Positions 41,767 to 51,500 of a stretch of 64,000 nucleotides of DNA are shown piece after piece. Numbering within the stretch: the first letter of the stretch is position 1; every line of letters starts with the position of its first letter. A model generated the notes under the pieces. It ran no database searches and was not told the origin of the DNA. It saw only the letters and a program-made list of their open reading frames with translations. The position numbers were made by a program, and so were the translations under genes. Origin of the DNA: an uncultured Collinsella sp. Its GTDB lineage: Bacteria; Actinomycetota; Coriobacteriia; Coriobacteriales; Coriobacteriaceae. The stretch is taken from NCBI GenBank assembly GCA_902469665.1, contig CABRDE010000060.1:22171-86170 (forward strand), written 5' to 3'.

Positions 41767-42819
41767 GTGAAAACGGGTATTTCGATTTATCTTTCCAGCC
41801 CTCTGCAGGATATTGAGCGGACGATTGAGCGTGGTGCCGCGGCGGGTGCGCGCTATGCGTTCACCTCGCTGCATATTCCCGAGGATGGGGGAGCGGCGTA
41901 TGCCGATAAGGTCCGTCATGTGCTGTCGCTGCTTTCCGCCCGCGGCATTGCGCTCATTGCCGATGTGGGGCCTCGCACGTGCGATTTGCTCGGGCTTGAG
42001 CGCATTGAGGACCTGCGCGATCTGGGGTTGGAATACCTTCGTTTGGACTATGGCTTTAGCGCCCAGCGGGTCGCGGAGCTGTCCGGTGTATTTCGCATTG
42101 TGGTCAATGCATCGACGGTGAGTTCTGATGAAATCGCATCGTGGCGTGAGGCCGGTGCCGATGTGACTCGTTTTGCCGCCTGCCACAATTTTTACCCCAA
42201 GCCTTATACCGGTTTAGCTCTTGAAGATGTTGCTCGGACGAATCTTCGTCTTGCGGCGCTTGGATTCGAAATCATGGCTTTTGTGCCGGGTGATGCTAAC
42301 GTTCGCGGGCCGGTTTTCGAGGGACTGCCGACGGTCGAGGCGCAGCGCGGTCGCGCGTCAAAGGTTGCTCTCAATATGCTTGAGCTTGCACATGGCGCCG
42401 ATTGCGACATTGTGTTGGTCGGCGACCCCGATCTATCCGATGCGGGCTGGGCGCAGTTTGCTCAAGTTTCCGCCGGATACGTGGACCTGCAATGCGAGCT
42501 TGAGCCCGGTTATGCCTATGTGCGCGGGCAGATTCATCACGACCGGCCCGACTCGAGCGTCCTCATCTTTAGGTCTCAGGAGTCACGTACGACGCTTAAG
42601 CCGGATTCCGTGCCGACGGATTCCGGAGCCGGCCTGCCGCGAAAGGCGGGGTCGATCGCTGTGAGCAATAGCGGATATGGGCGCTACGAAGGCGAGCTTG
42701 AGATTGCGCGGGTCGATCTTCCCGGTGACGAGCGCATGAACGTTGCGGGCCATATCACGCCCGAGGCAATGGAGCTGCTGCCGTTCATCAAACGCGGATT
42801 CGGGGTATGGTTCGTTTAG
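41767..42819 (+). CDS. DUF871 family protein (MupG-like 6-phospho-N-acetylmuramidase candidate)
   Basis: 350 aa with DUF871-like sequence. Its position after murQ-murP mirrors firmicute murQ-murP-mupG operons. GTG start with AAGGAG RBS. Confidence 0.65.
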   Translation: MKTGISIYLSSPLQDIERTIERGAAAGARYAFTSLHIPEDGGAAYADKVRHVLSLLSARGIALIADVGPRTCDLLGLERIEDLRDLGLEYLRLDYGFSAQRVAELSGVFRIVVNASTVSSDEIASWREAGADVTRFAACHNFYPKPYTGLALEDVARTNLRLAALGFEIMAFVPGDANVRGPVFEGLPTVEAQRGRASKVALNMLELAHGADCDIVLVGDPDLSDAGWAQFAQVSAGYVDLQCELEPGYAYVRGQIHHDRPDSSVLIFRSQESRTTLKPDSVPTDSGAGLPRKAGSIAVSNSGYGRYEGELEIARVDLPGDERMNVAGHITPEAMELLPFIKRGFGVWFV

Positions 42820-42911
42820 CGTGTGACCCGTGGGCTACAATTGGCCCATCATACGAAGGCGCCTCGTGTGGCGTGTGCCTGCGTTGGCCGATCTATATTC
42901 GGAGGATTTCC

Positions 42912-43271
42912 ATGACCGTACTGTTTGTTGAATATCCCAAGTGCTCGACCTGTAAGAAGGCCAAGGCATGGCTGGACGAACATGGGGTTGAGTATATCGA
43001 CCGCGATATCGTTTTGGACAATCCCACGGCTGATGAGCTTGCGACCTGGATTGCTCGTTCGGGGCTGCCGGTGCGGCGTTTCTTTAATTCGTCGGGCATG
43101 AAATATCGAGAGCTGGGCCTGAAGGCGCGTCTGGACGCGGGCATGACGGATCGGGAGTGCTACGAGCTGCTGGCGACCGACGGCATGCTGGTCAAGCGTC
43201 CGCTGCTGGTGGGCGACGACTTTGCGATTCTCGGCTTTAGGGAATCGGCTTGGGCCGAGGCGTTGCTGTAG
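42912..43271 (+). CDS. ArsC/Spx/YffB-family thioredoxin-fold protein
   Basis: N-terminal CSTC redox motif and overall family similarity. GGAGG RBS is present. Confidence 0.75.
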   Translation: MTVLFVEYPKCSTCKKAKAWLDEHGVEYIDRDIVLDNPTADELATWIARSGLPVRRFFNSSGMKYRELGLKARLDAGMTDRECYELLATDGMLVKRPLLVGDDFAILGFRESAWAEALL

Positions 43272-43467
43272 CGGCTGCGGAAAGTGCGACCCGGAATTCG
43301 CTTCCAGAATGGGATGCGCTTTCCCAAAGTGGCCGGTTGCGGAAAGCACGTCCCATTCTGAGCTTCGATTGTGGGACACGGTTTCCGGTTGAGGGCTCGA
43401 CGGGAAAGTGGGGACCAGTTTGAGCTTGAAATCTGGGACGCACTTTCCGCCGGCGGGCCTGCCCCAG

Positions 43468-43878
43468 TCAGTCCGCCAGCTGTGCCCATTCGTGCGGATC
43501 GTAGACCTTTACGTGTTTGTTGGGCTTGCCGCTCCAGTACTCCTCGTCCATAAAGGGCAGATATGCCTGAACGCCGGGGCAGATAAAGGGAATCCGCTGC
43601 TGTTGCAGTCGCTCGCGCTGGCGCTGCTCCAGGTGCGCCTCGGATATGACGGTCGGCATGCCGGACAGCTCGACGAGGCTTGCCTGGATTCGCTTAAGGT
43701 CGGGGAGTCCCGCGTGCCATGACATCCGCATGATCAAAAAGGATGCACGGCGGTATTTTGCCTGCACCACAGTAATGGCGGGGCGTAACGTGGGGTGAAT
43801 TTTGTCCCGTTCGGGCCAAAGGTCGGCAGTGATCTCGAGGCCCAGGGTCTCCCATAGGTAATCAAGCTCTTCGTCCAT
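43468..43878 (-). CDS. Hypothetical protein
   Basis: 136 aa ORF in a plausible context. No recognisable family. Confidence 0.35.
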   Translation of the reverse strand: MDEELDYLWETLGLEITADLWPERDKIHPTLRPAITVVQAKYRRASFLIMRMSWHAGLPDLKRIQASLVELSGMPTVISEAHLEQRQRERLQQQRIPFICPGVQAYLPFMDEEYWSGKPNKHVKVYDPHEWAQLAD

Positions 43879-44154
43879 GGCGCCTCGATATCTACGCGAT
43901 CATTGATACTTTGATTGTGTTGCCTGGTGCTATCGTTTTCGCGGTAGAATCTGCCAACGGTTGACGGCTACCGTTCGCGGCGTTTTGCCCTTCGTGTACA
44001 GCGGTTGGCTTCACAGGTCCTTCACGGGTTGGACTAAATTAGGCCAATTTGACTGAATTTCAAAAAAGTCAAAATTGGGGCTTGCGTCACGGCGAGACTT
44101 CCCGTATATTTCTTTCTTGCGCAAAGGCACAGCCGAGCGCAGCGATGCAGTCAT

Positions 44155-44228
44155 TGGGATGTCGTCTAATGGCAGGACAGCGGATTCTGGTTCCGTCAAT
44201 GGGGGTTCGACTCCCTCCATCCCAGCCA
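44155..44228 (+). tRNA. tRNA-Gln (anticodon CTG)
   Basis: Cloverleaf with acceptor TGGGATG/CATCCCA, anticodon loop TTCTGGT, T-arm GGGGGTTCGACTCCCTC, discriminator G and an encoded CCA. Resembles bacterial tRNA-Gln. Confidence 0.85.
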
Positions 44229-44246
44229 TTGCATTTGCTACATATG

Positions 44247-44321
44247 GCCCGTTCGTCTAGCGGTTTAGGACGCCGCCCTCTCAAGGCGGAGATCACCAGT
44301 TCGAATCTGGTACGGGCTACC
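44247..44321 (+). tRNA. tRNA-Glu (anticodon CTC)
   Basis: GGCCCGTTCGTCTAGCGGTTTAGGACGCCGCCCTCTCAAGGCGGAG...GTTCGAATC...ACGGGCTACCA closely follows the tRNA-Glu pattern. Confidence 0.85.
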
Positions 44322-44330
44322 AAAATTGAA

Positions 44331-44363
44331 CGCCCGGGCCTCGTAAGAGACCCGGGTTTTGTG
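44331..44363 (+). terminator. Terminator after the tRNA pair
   Basis: GCCCGGGCC-tcgtaagaga-CCCGGG followed by TTTTG. Confidence 0.6.
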
Positions 44364-44416
44364 TATTGACCGTATATACGGCGCCTGCCGTGTTTCGCTC
44401 AGATCGAGGAGTAGCC

Positions 44417-45334
44417 ATGGATCTGCCCATCAGCTTGCAAGACATCACGTATGCCGAGAACTATCTGGCGCAGGGCGACCTGGCTACGGCGACGCCGCTG
44501 CTGGAGCGTCTGGTGGAGCTCGCCGAGGAGTATATCGACGCTGAGTGCAAGACGGAGGAGAAGCGCCAATACTTTAGCTTCGATAGCAAGTTTGAGCGCT
44601 TGGCCTATCGCCGCGTGGAGAAGGATCCGCGCGAGCTCGTGCAGGTCGAGGTGCCGTTTGACCGCCTGTACTCTGATATGGCGTTTGCTTACATTCGCCA
44701 GCAGGATTATGTGAGCGCTCGTAATGCCCTGATGCAGGCTGTGCGTTGGGACCCCATGAACTGCAACTATCGCCTGGATCTGGCCGAGCTGTTCCGCGCA
44801 CTCGAGGACAAGCAGGAATGGGCATCGCTCTCGTTCTCGGTGCTGGAGCGTGCAAGCGATGGCAAGTGCGCCGCCCGCGCTTACGCCAATCTAGGTCAGT
44901 ACTTCTTGGAGCCCGAGACTGAGAACGTTTCGGCTGCCGTGGGCTGCGCGCGTCTGGCACTGCGCCTGGCGCCCAACGATGCGCATACGACGCGCCTGCT
45001 CAACAAGATCCATACCACCTATCCGGATGCCGCCGATGAGAGCGACGACCACGTGATGGGTGAACTGGCCCTGCAAGGCGTGCCGACCTCGCCTTCGGCC
45101 GAGATTGCCATCTGCCTGATTATGTGCGCGACCGATGCTGCAAGTGACGGCGACAAGCAGGAGGCGACGCGCCTGACGGTGCGTGCTCGCGACTTGGTGG
45201 GCGAGGAGGCCTGCGCGGCGATTATCAAACTGGTGCGCGAGAGCGACGCCGAGCTCAATGCCGAGCGCAAGGCAAAGCGCGAGGCTGCGGGCTCAAACGC
45301 CGACGGCGCCAAGGAGGCCGGCGATGCCCAGTAA
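44417..45334 (+). CDS. Hypothetical protein, possibly TPR-like helical repeats
   Basis: 306 aa. GAGGAG RBS precedes ATG 44417. No confident family assignment. Confidence 0.45.
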   Translation: MDLPISLQDITYAENYLAQGDLATATPLLERLVELAEEYIDAECKTEEKRQYFSFDSKFERLAYRRVEKDPRELVQVEVPFDRLYSDMAFAYIRQQDYVSARNALMQAVRWDPMNCNYRLDLAELFRALEDKQEWASLSFSVLERASDGKCAARAYANLGQYFLEPETENVSAAVGCARLALRLAPNDAHTTRLLNKIHTTYPDAADESDDHVMGELALQGVPTSPSAEIAICLIMCATDAASDGDKQEATRLTVRARDLVGEEACAAIIKLVRESDAELNAERKAKREAAGSNADGAKEAGDAQ

Positions 45335-45794
45335 GCGCGAGCGCAAACTCATTTCCAAGAATCGCTCGGCACATCACGAGTACTTTATCGATGAGACATT
45401 TGAGTGCGGTATTGAACTGAGTGGCACCGAGGTCAAGTCGATTCGCGAGCGCGCCTGCCAGATCACCGATACCTTCGCGCTGATCCGCGGCGGGGAGTGC
45501 TGGCTCGTCGGACTGCATATCCACCCTTATAGCCATGGTGGCGTGTGGAATCGCGATCCCGACCGTCGGCGTCGTCTGCTGCTGCACCGCAAGGAGATCG
45601 ACTTTCTTGACGGCAAACTTCGCAACCGTGGTTATGCGCTGGTTCCGTTGGAACTCTACTTTAATACCGACGGCCGCGTAAAGCTGCTGCTGGGTCTGGG
45701 TCGCGGCAAGAAGCTCTACGACAAGCGCGAGGACATGGCCAAGCGTGATGTCCAACGCGAGATCGACCGCGCCCTTAAGGAACGCAACCGCTAG
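45324..45794 (+). CDS. smpB: SsrA-binding protein
   Basis: MPSKRERKLISKNRSAHHEYFIDETFECGIELSGTEVKSIR matches the canonical SmpB N-terminus. Confidence 0.95.
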   Translation: MPSKRERKLISKNRSAHHEYFIDETFECGIELSGTEVKSIRERACQITDTFALIRGGECWLVGLHIHPYSHGGVWNRDPDRRRRLLLHRKEIDFLDGKLRNRGYALVPLELYFNTDGRVKLLLGLGRGKKLYDKREDMAKRDVQREIDRALKERNR

Positions 45795-45806
45795 GCACTC
45801 TGTATA

Positions 45807-45873
45807 AGTTGCGGTGGAATACGGACTGTTTTGCCTGTTTGAGGGGCTATTCAGTCCCTATTTCACCGCAACT
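45807..45873. repeat. Family B palindromic repeat unit
   Basis: AGTTGCGGTGGAATACGGACTGTT...TTCAGTCCCTATTTCACCGCAACT. Confidence 0.75.
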
Positions 45874-46000
45874 GCGGGCGTCTCATCTTTCTTACTGTTC
45901 TGACACATATGTCTCAAAGGCGGCGTCCGTTATGGGTGCCGCCTTTTTTGTGGGTACATACATTCATGAGGTTCCAACCCGAGCTAGGGGAGTGATCGTT

Positions 46001-46504
46001 ATGGACAAAACTGCGTTCTTTACCATGCCGAGCGGTCTGTACGTGGTGAGCGCTGTGGCAGACGGGCTGCGCGCCGGCTGCGTCATCAACACTGCGGTGC
46101 AGGTGACGTCCATGCCGCCGCGTATTTCGGTTGCCGTGAACAAGGACAATGTCACCTCGGGCATCATCGCATCGGCCAAAGCGTTCGCGCTGACCGTGAT
46201 CGATCAGACGGCCGACATGCTCTACATCGGTAACTTTGGGTTCCGCACCAGCAGCGATTATGACAAGTTTGCCAAATACGAGACCCGCGAGACGGCTCTG
46301 GGCATGCCCTATGTGCCCGAGCACGCGGCGGCCCTGTTTAGCTGCCGTTTGATCGACACTGTGGATGTGGGCACGCATCTGCTGTTTATTGGCGAGGTCG
46401 AGGATGCCGAGCGCCTGAGCGACGAGATGCCGCTGACGTACGACTACTATCACAAGGTGCTAAAGGGCAAGACGCCGCCCAAAGCCTCGTCGTATCAAGG
46501 CTAG
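46001..46504 (+). CDS. Flavin reductase-like domain protein
   Basis: FMN-binding split-barrel fold (FFTMPSGLYVVSAV...GTHLLFIGEV). GGGGAG RBS is present. Confidence 0.7.
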   Translation: MDKTAFFTMPSGLYVVSAVADGLRAGCVINTAVQVTSMPPRISVAVNKDNVTSGIIASAKAFALTVIDQTADMLYIGNFGFRTSSDYDKFAKYETRETALGMPYVPEHAAALFSCRLIDTVDVGTHLLFIGEVEDAERLSDEMPLTYDYYHKVLKGKTPPKASSYQG

Positions 46505-46592
46505 AAATGTTCTAAAAATACTTGCATTATGTTATTGAGAATATATACTAATAAGTAAGTACACCAGCAGTCACGTTCGAGAGGAGAACATC

Positions 46593-46736
46593 ATGGCTGA
46601 GGAAAAGAAGACGTATAAGTTTGTGTGCACCGTTTGCGGTTACGAGGTTGAGGTCGACACGCCCGAGCTGCCCGAGGATTACGTGTGCCCGGTGTGCGGC
46701 GTCGGTCCCGATCAGTTTGAGCTCGTCGAGGAGTAA
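46593..46736 (+). CDS. Rubredoxin (47 aa; absent from the ORF track)
   Basis: [47 protein letters not shown] carries two CxxCG knuckles. GAGGAG RBS is present, with an AT-rich promoter-like region upstream. Confidence 0.7.
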   Translation: MAEEKKTYKFVCTVCGYEVEVDTPELPEDYVCPVCGVGPDQFELVEE

Positions 46737-46834
46737 CTCGCAGGCACACGGCGAAAGCCGAACATAGCTCTGTCCAAGGGTCCCGGTCGAATTCTCGGCC
46801 GGGACCCTTTTGATTTATCTGACGGTTTAAAACG

Positions 46835-46858
46835 GTCTCACGTGTTACAGATTAAGAC
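46835..46858. repeat. Family A palindromic unit, internally deleted (partial)
   Basis: GTCTCAcgTGTTACAGATTAAGAC. Confidence 0.5.
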
Positions 46859-46887
46859 GTTATATCTGGACAGTCACGCCATCTCAA

Positions 46888-48180
46888 TTACATTCCCGTT
46901 AGCAGCACGATGTCGAGAATCGTCACGATGACGCCGATCCCTACGAGCAGCGCGTTGAGCGGGCGCGAGTTGGCGTATTTGCCCATGACGCGGCGCGAAC
47001 TGGTGAGTCGTATGAGCACAAAGACCGTAATCGGCAACTGAAGCGACAACAATGCCTGACTCCAGATGAGACCTTCAAAAGGATTTGGGACGACCAGGCA
47101 CGCCGCCACTGCGCCGGCGAAACAGGCCGCCACCCCGATCGAGGAATGTCGGTCGTGGACGTCGTATTCCTCGTCGAACATGCCCGCGGTGATTGTGCCT
47201 GCCGCCATACCTGCCGTCACACTACTCGAGAGGCCCGCAAACAGCAGCGCCACCGCAAAGATTGTCGAGCTTGCTGGGCCCAGAATGGGGGAGAGCGTGT
47301 CCGCTGCGACGGCGAGGTCGTCTACGACAATGCCGTGCGCAAAGAAGGTCGTTGCGGCCAGGATGACCATGGTCGAGTTGATTGCCCAGCCCACGCCCAT
47401 CGAAAAGAGCGTGTCAAAGAGCTCGTAGCGCAGACGTTCTTCGATAACCTGCTCGCCTTGGCCTTCGAAGTGCATGGATTGGATGACCTCGGAGTGTAGA
47501 AAGAGGTTGTGGGGCATAACGACCGCACCCAGGACACTTACGATAATCGCGGCCGAGCCGGTGGGCATACTGGGTGTGATCCAGCTTGCGGCGGCCTGCG
47601 GCCAGTCGACCTTGACTAGTGCAAGCTCGGCCAAAAACGAGAGTCCTACCACGCCTACGAAGGCGATGATCCAGCGTTCGGCATGCTTGTAGGAGTTCGT
47701 CATGAGCATCGCCATCGATACTGCTGCCACGATGACGCAGCCCGCGCGCACGGGCAGTCCAAAGAGCATCTGGAGCGCGATCGCACCGCCCAGGACCTCT
47801 GCCATGGCGGTGGCGATCGTAGCGAGATAGGCGCTGACGAGCACCGCGCGTCCCATGATGCGGGGGAGAAAGCGGGTCGTGGCCTCGGCAAGGCAGGCGC
47901 CCGTGGCGATGCCCAAGTGCGCCGCGTTGTGCTGCAGCACGATGAGCATGATCGTGGACAGCGTGACGATCCACAGCAGCGCGTAGCCAAACTGCGAGCC
48001 GGCGGCCATATTGGAGGCCCAGTTGCCCGGGTCGATAAAGCCGACGGTCACGAGCAACCCGGGGCCGATATGCCGTGCAATGTCTAGACCTCCGTGACCG
48101 CCGGTGCGCCGGGAGCCAAAGTGTTGTTTGAGATGGTTGAGCATGGTGCGCTCCTGCGTGCCGTATGTTTGACGCCGCAA
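46888..48180 (-). CDS. mntH: Nramp-family divalent metal (Mn2+) transporter
   Basis: 430 aa, about 11 TM helices, with the Nramp signature DPGNW. Confidence 0.9.
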   Translation of the reverse strand: MRRQTYGTQERTMLNHLKQHFGSRRTGGHGGLDIARHIGPGLLVTVGFIDPGNWASNMAAGSQFGYALLWIVTLSTIMLIVLQHNAAHLGIATGACLAEATTRFLPRIMGRAVLVSAYLATIATAMAEVLGGAIALQMLFGLPVRAGCVIVAAVSMAMLMTNSYKHAERWIIAFVGVVGLSFLAELALVKVDWPQAAASWITPSMPTGSAAIIVSVLGAVVMPHNLFLHSEVIQSMHFEGQGEQVIEERLRYELFDTLFSMGVGWAINSTMVILAATTFFAHGIVVDDLAVAADTLSPILGPASSTIFAVALLFAGLSSSVTAGMAAGTITAGMFDEEYDVHDRHSSIGVAACFAGAVAACLVVPNPFEGLIWSQALLSLQLPITVFVLIRLTSSRRVMGKYANSRPLNALLVGIGVIVTILDIVLLTGM

Positions 48181-48266
48181 AGGATACCCATTTTAGGCTC
48201 AAAAGTTAACCAGAACTAACAAAATTGTTGTATTTGAATAGGATGGTGAAAGGGGATTGCTGAAAT

Positions 48267-48323
48267 GTCTTGATCTGTAACAACTAGGGATGGAAATTGG
48301 GTCTTACTGTTACAGATTGAGAT
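48267..48323. repeat. Family A palindromic unit
   Basis: GTCTTGATCTGTAACA-actagggatggaaattgggtcttac-TGTTACAGATTGAGAT. Confidence 0.8.
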
Positions 48324-48506
48324 GTTTGAAGCGGTGAGTTTACAGGTCGAACTTGGGCCCTTGTTGCCGTCCTTGAGGTCGGCGGTGTCCACTCGTAGGG
48401 CGTGCGTTACGCGATTGTTTCGAAACGGGCGGGAAACACAACGGGTCGGCGATGCTCCTAGTATGCCTATTCAACTGACTGTCTAAATATCTAGGGGAGG
48501 ATCGCG

Positions 48507-51500
48507 ATGCAGGCAGATTCCGCTCAGCAGCAGGGCCTTTATCGCCCCGAATTCGATCACGATGCGTGTGGCATCGGCGCGCTTGCCGATATCAACGGCG
48601 AGCGCCATCACCAGATCCTGGACGACGCACTGTCCATTCTGGTCAACTTGGAGCACCGCGGCGGCACGGGACTCGAGAAGAACACCGGCGACGGCGCCGG
48701 CATCCTGTTCCAGGTTCCGCATCACTTTTTCCGTAAAGAGGCCCAAAAGTGCGGCCAGATTCTGCCGGCAGAGGGCGACTATGGCGTGGCCATGCTGTTC
48801 TTCCCGCAGGACGACAAAGGCGTAGAGGATGCCCGTCGCGTGTTTGAGGAGGGCTGCGCCGAGGCCGGCGTGCCGCTGCTCTTTTGGCGCGAGGTGCCGG
48901 TCGACCCGCACGACCTGGGCGAGACAGCCCGCGCCTGCATGCCCACCATCTTGCAGGCTTTCCTGGGCCGTCCCGACGACACGCCCGCCGGCGACGCCTT
49001 CGAGCGCCGCCTGTACGTGTGCCGCCGCACCATCGAAAAGAAGGCCGACGCCGAGTTTGCCCTGCGCGACAAGATCTTCTATGTGTGCTCCATGAGCTCG
49101 CGCACCATCGTGTACAAGGGTATGCTGGTCGCCACGCAGATGCGCCGCTTCTTCATCGATCTCAACGACGCCGCCGTCAAAACGGCCGTGGCGCTCGTCC
49201 ACTCGCGCTACTCCACCAACACTACACCCAGCTGGGAGCGCGCACATCCCAACCGCTTTATCATCCATAACGGCGAGATCAATACCCTCAAGGGCAACGT
49301 CAACTGGATCCGCGCTCGCGAGCCCAACCTGTACAGCCCCGTGCTGCAGCATGATCTTGAGCGCGTGATGCCCATCATCAACCGCGAGGGCTCCGATTCC
49401 GCGATTCTGGACAACGTGCTCGAGTTTTTGGTCATGAACGGTCGCCCGCTCACGCGCGCCGCATCTATGCTGCTGCCCGAGCCGTGGGACCACAACGACA
49501 GTCTGAGCGAGGAGCGTCGCGCCTACGACGCCTACCAGTCCATGCTCATGGAGCCGTGGGATGGCCCGGCGGCCATCGCCTTTACCGACGGTCGCACGCT
49601 GGGTGCCGCCCTCGACCGTAACGGCCTGCGTCCCGCCCGCTACTATGTGACGCGCGACGGTCGCTTTATGCTGGCAAGCGAGGTGGGCACCATCGAGGTG
49701 AGCCCCGAGAACATCCTGACGAGCGGCTGTCTGGGGCCGGGCCAGATGCTCGAGGTCGATTTTGCCCGCGGCCGCGTGATCTACAACGACGAGCTGCGCG
49801 CCCGCTATGCCAAGGAAAAGCCCTACCGTGATTGGATTGCCGAGGAGACGCTGACCGTTGACGCGCTCGATGAGCCCGTTGCGGCAACACCCGCCGAGGA
49901 CGACGAGGTGCCCGCCGCCGTGCGCATGGCCAAGCTCGGGTATCACTGGGATGATGTTGACGAAGTCGTGCGTCCCATGGCCCAGCAGGGCAAGGCGCCG
50001 CTCGCCTCGATGGGTATCGATGCGCCGCTGGCCTGCCTGTCCAAGAAGACGCGCTCGTTCTTCGACTACTTCTATCAGCTGTTCGCTCAGGTCACGAACC
50101 CGCCGATCGACGCTCTTCGCGAGCATATGGTCACCTCGACCACGCTCTACCTGGGCAACCACGGCAACCTGCTCGAGGACTCCCGTACGGCCTGCCAGCT
50201 GGTGCGCCTGGAGCGTCCGCTGCTGAGCGAGGAGGAGTTCGACCGCATTTGCGCCATCGACCGCGTGGGCTTTAAGACCCGCCGTTTCCGTGCCGTCTAC
50301 CGCCGCGATGCCGGCGAGGGTGCGCTGCAGGCTGCGCTCAAGCAGCTTGCAGAGGACGTTGAGGCCGCGGTCCGCGACGGCGTGAACATCGTGGTGTTGA
50401 GCGATCGTGCCGCTGCGGGCGAGGTGCCCGTACCGTCGCTGCTCGCCGTGGGCTGCGTGCACAACCACCTGATTCGCGCCGGCGTGCGTACCTTTGCCGA
50501 CATCGTGGTGGAGTGCGGCGACGCCGTGTCCCCGCACGACTTTGCTGCACTGGTGGGCTACTCCGCGAGCGGTATCTATCCGTACAACGCGCATTCGTGC
50601 ATTCGCGACTTGGCGGCGCACGGCGATCTAGACGTGACAGCCGAGCAGGGCATCGCCAACTACAACAAGGCTGCGACCGCCGGCATCGTTTCCATCATGT
50701 CCAAGATGGGCATCTCCACGGTGCAGAGCTACCATTCGGCGCAGATCTTCGAGGCCGTGGGCTTTACGCCGGAGTTCGTCAATGCGTACTTCGCCGGCAC
50801 GGTGAGCCGTGTGGGCGGTATGGGTGTTGAGGACGTCGAACGCGAGCAAAATGAGCGCTATGACGCCGCGCTCGCTATCCTTAAGAGCCCGGCTCCCGAT
50901 CAGCTGCCCACACTGGGTCTGACCAAGTGGCGCCCGCTCGGCGGCGAGGATCACCTTATCGATCCGCAGACCGTCTATCTGCTGCAGACCGCCTGCCGCG
51001 AGGGCGGCTACGACACCTTTAAGGAGTACAGCGAGCGCCTGCACCGCACCGGTCGTGCCGTGCGCCTACGCGACCTGCTCGACTTTAATGCCAGCGGCCG
51101 CACGCCGGTTTCGCTCGACGAGGTGGAGCCCGCGCTCAACATCGTCCGCCGCTTTAACACCGGCGCCATGTCGTACGGTTCCATCAGCAAAGAGGCACAC
51201 GAGTGCATGGCCATCGCCATGAACCGCCTGCACGGCCGTTCCAACTCGGGCGAGGGCGGCGAGGATCCGCGTCGCGAGACCCCGCTGGCCAACGGTGACT
51301 CCAAGAATTCCGCCATCAAGCAGGTGGCAAGCGCGCGCTTTGGCGTGACGAGCCGCTACCTGTGCAGCGCCTTCGAGATTCAGATCAAGATGGCCCAGGG
51401 CGCCAAGCCCGGTGAGGGCGGTCACCTGCCCGGCAAGAAGGTCTACCCCTGGATTGCCGAGGTCCGTCAGTCCACGCCCGGCATCGGCCTGATCTCGCCT

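Noticed and set aside
48181-48270. Possible DtxR/MntR-type operator upstream of mntH (TTAGTTCTGGTTAAC on the gene strand).
   Set aside because: It matches only about 9 of 16 positions of the TTAGGTTAGCCTAACCTAA consensus and lacks clear dyad symmetry. That is too weak to call without a position-weight-matrix scan.
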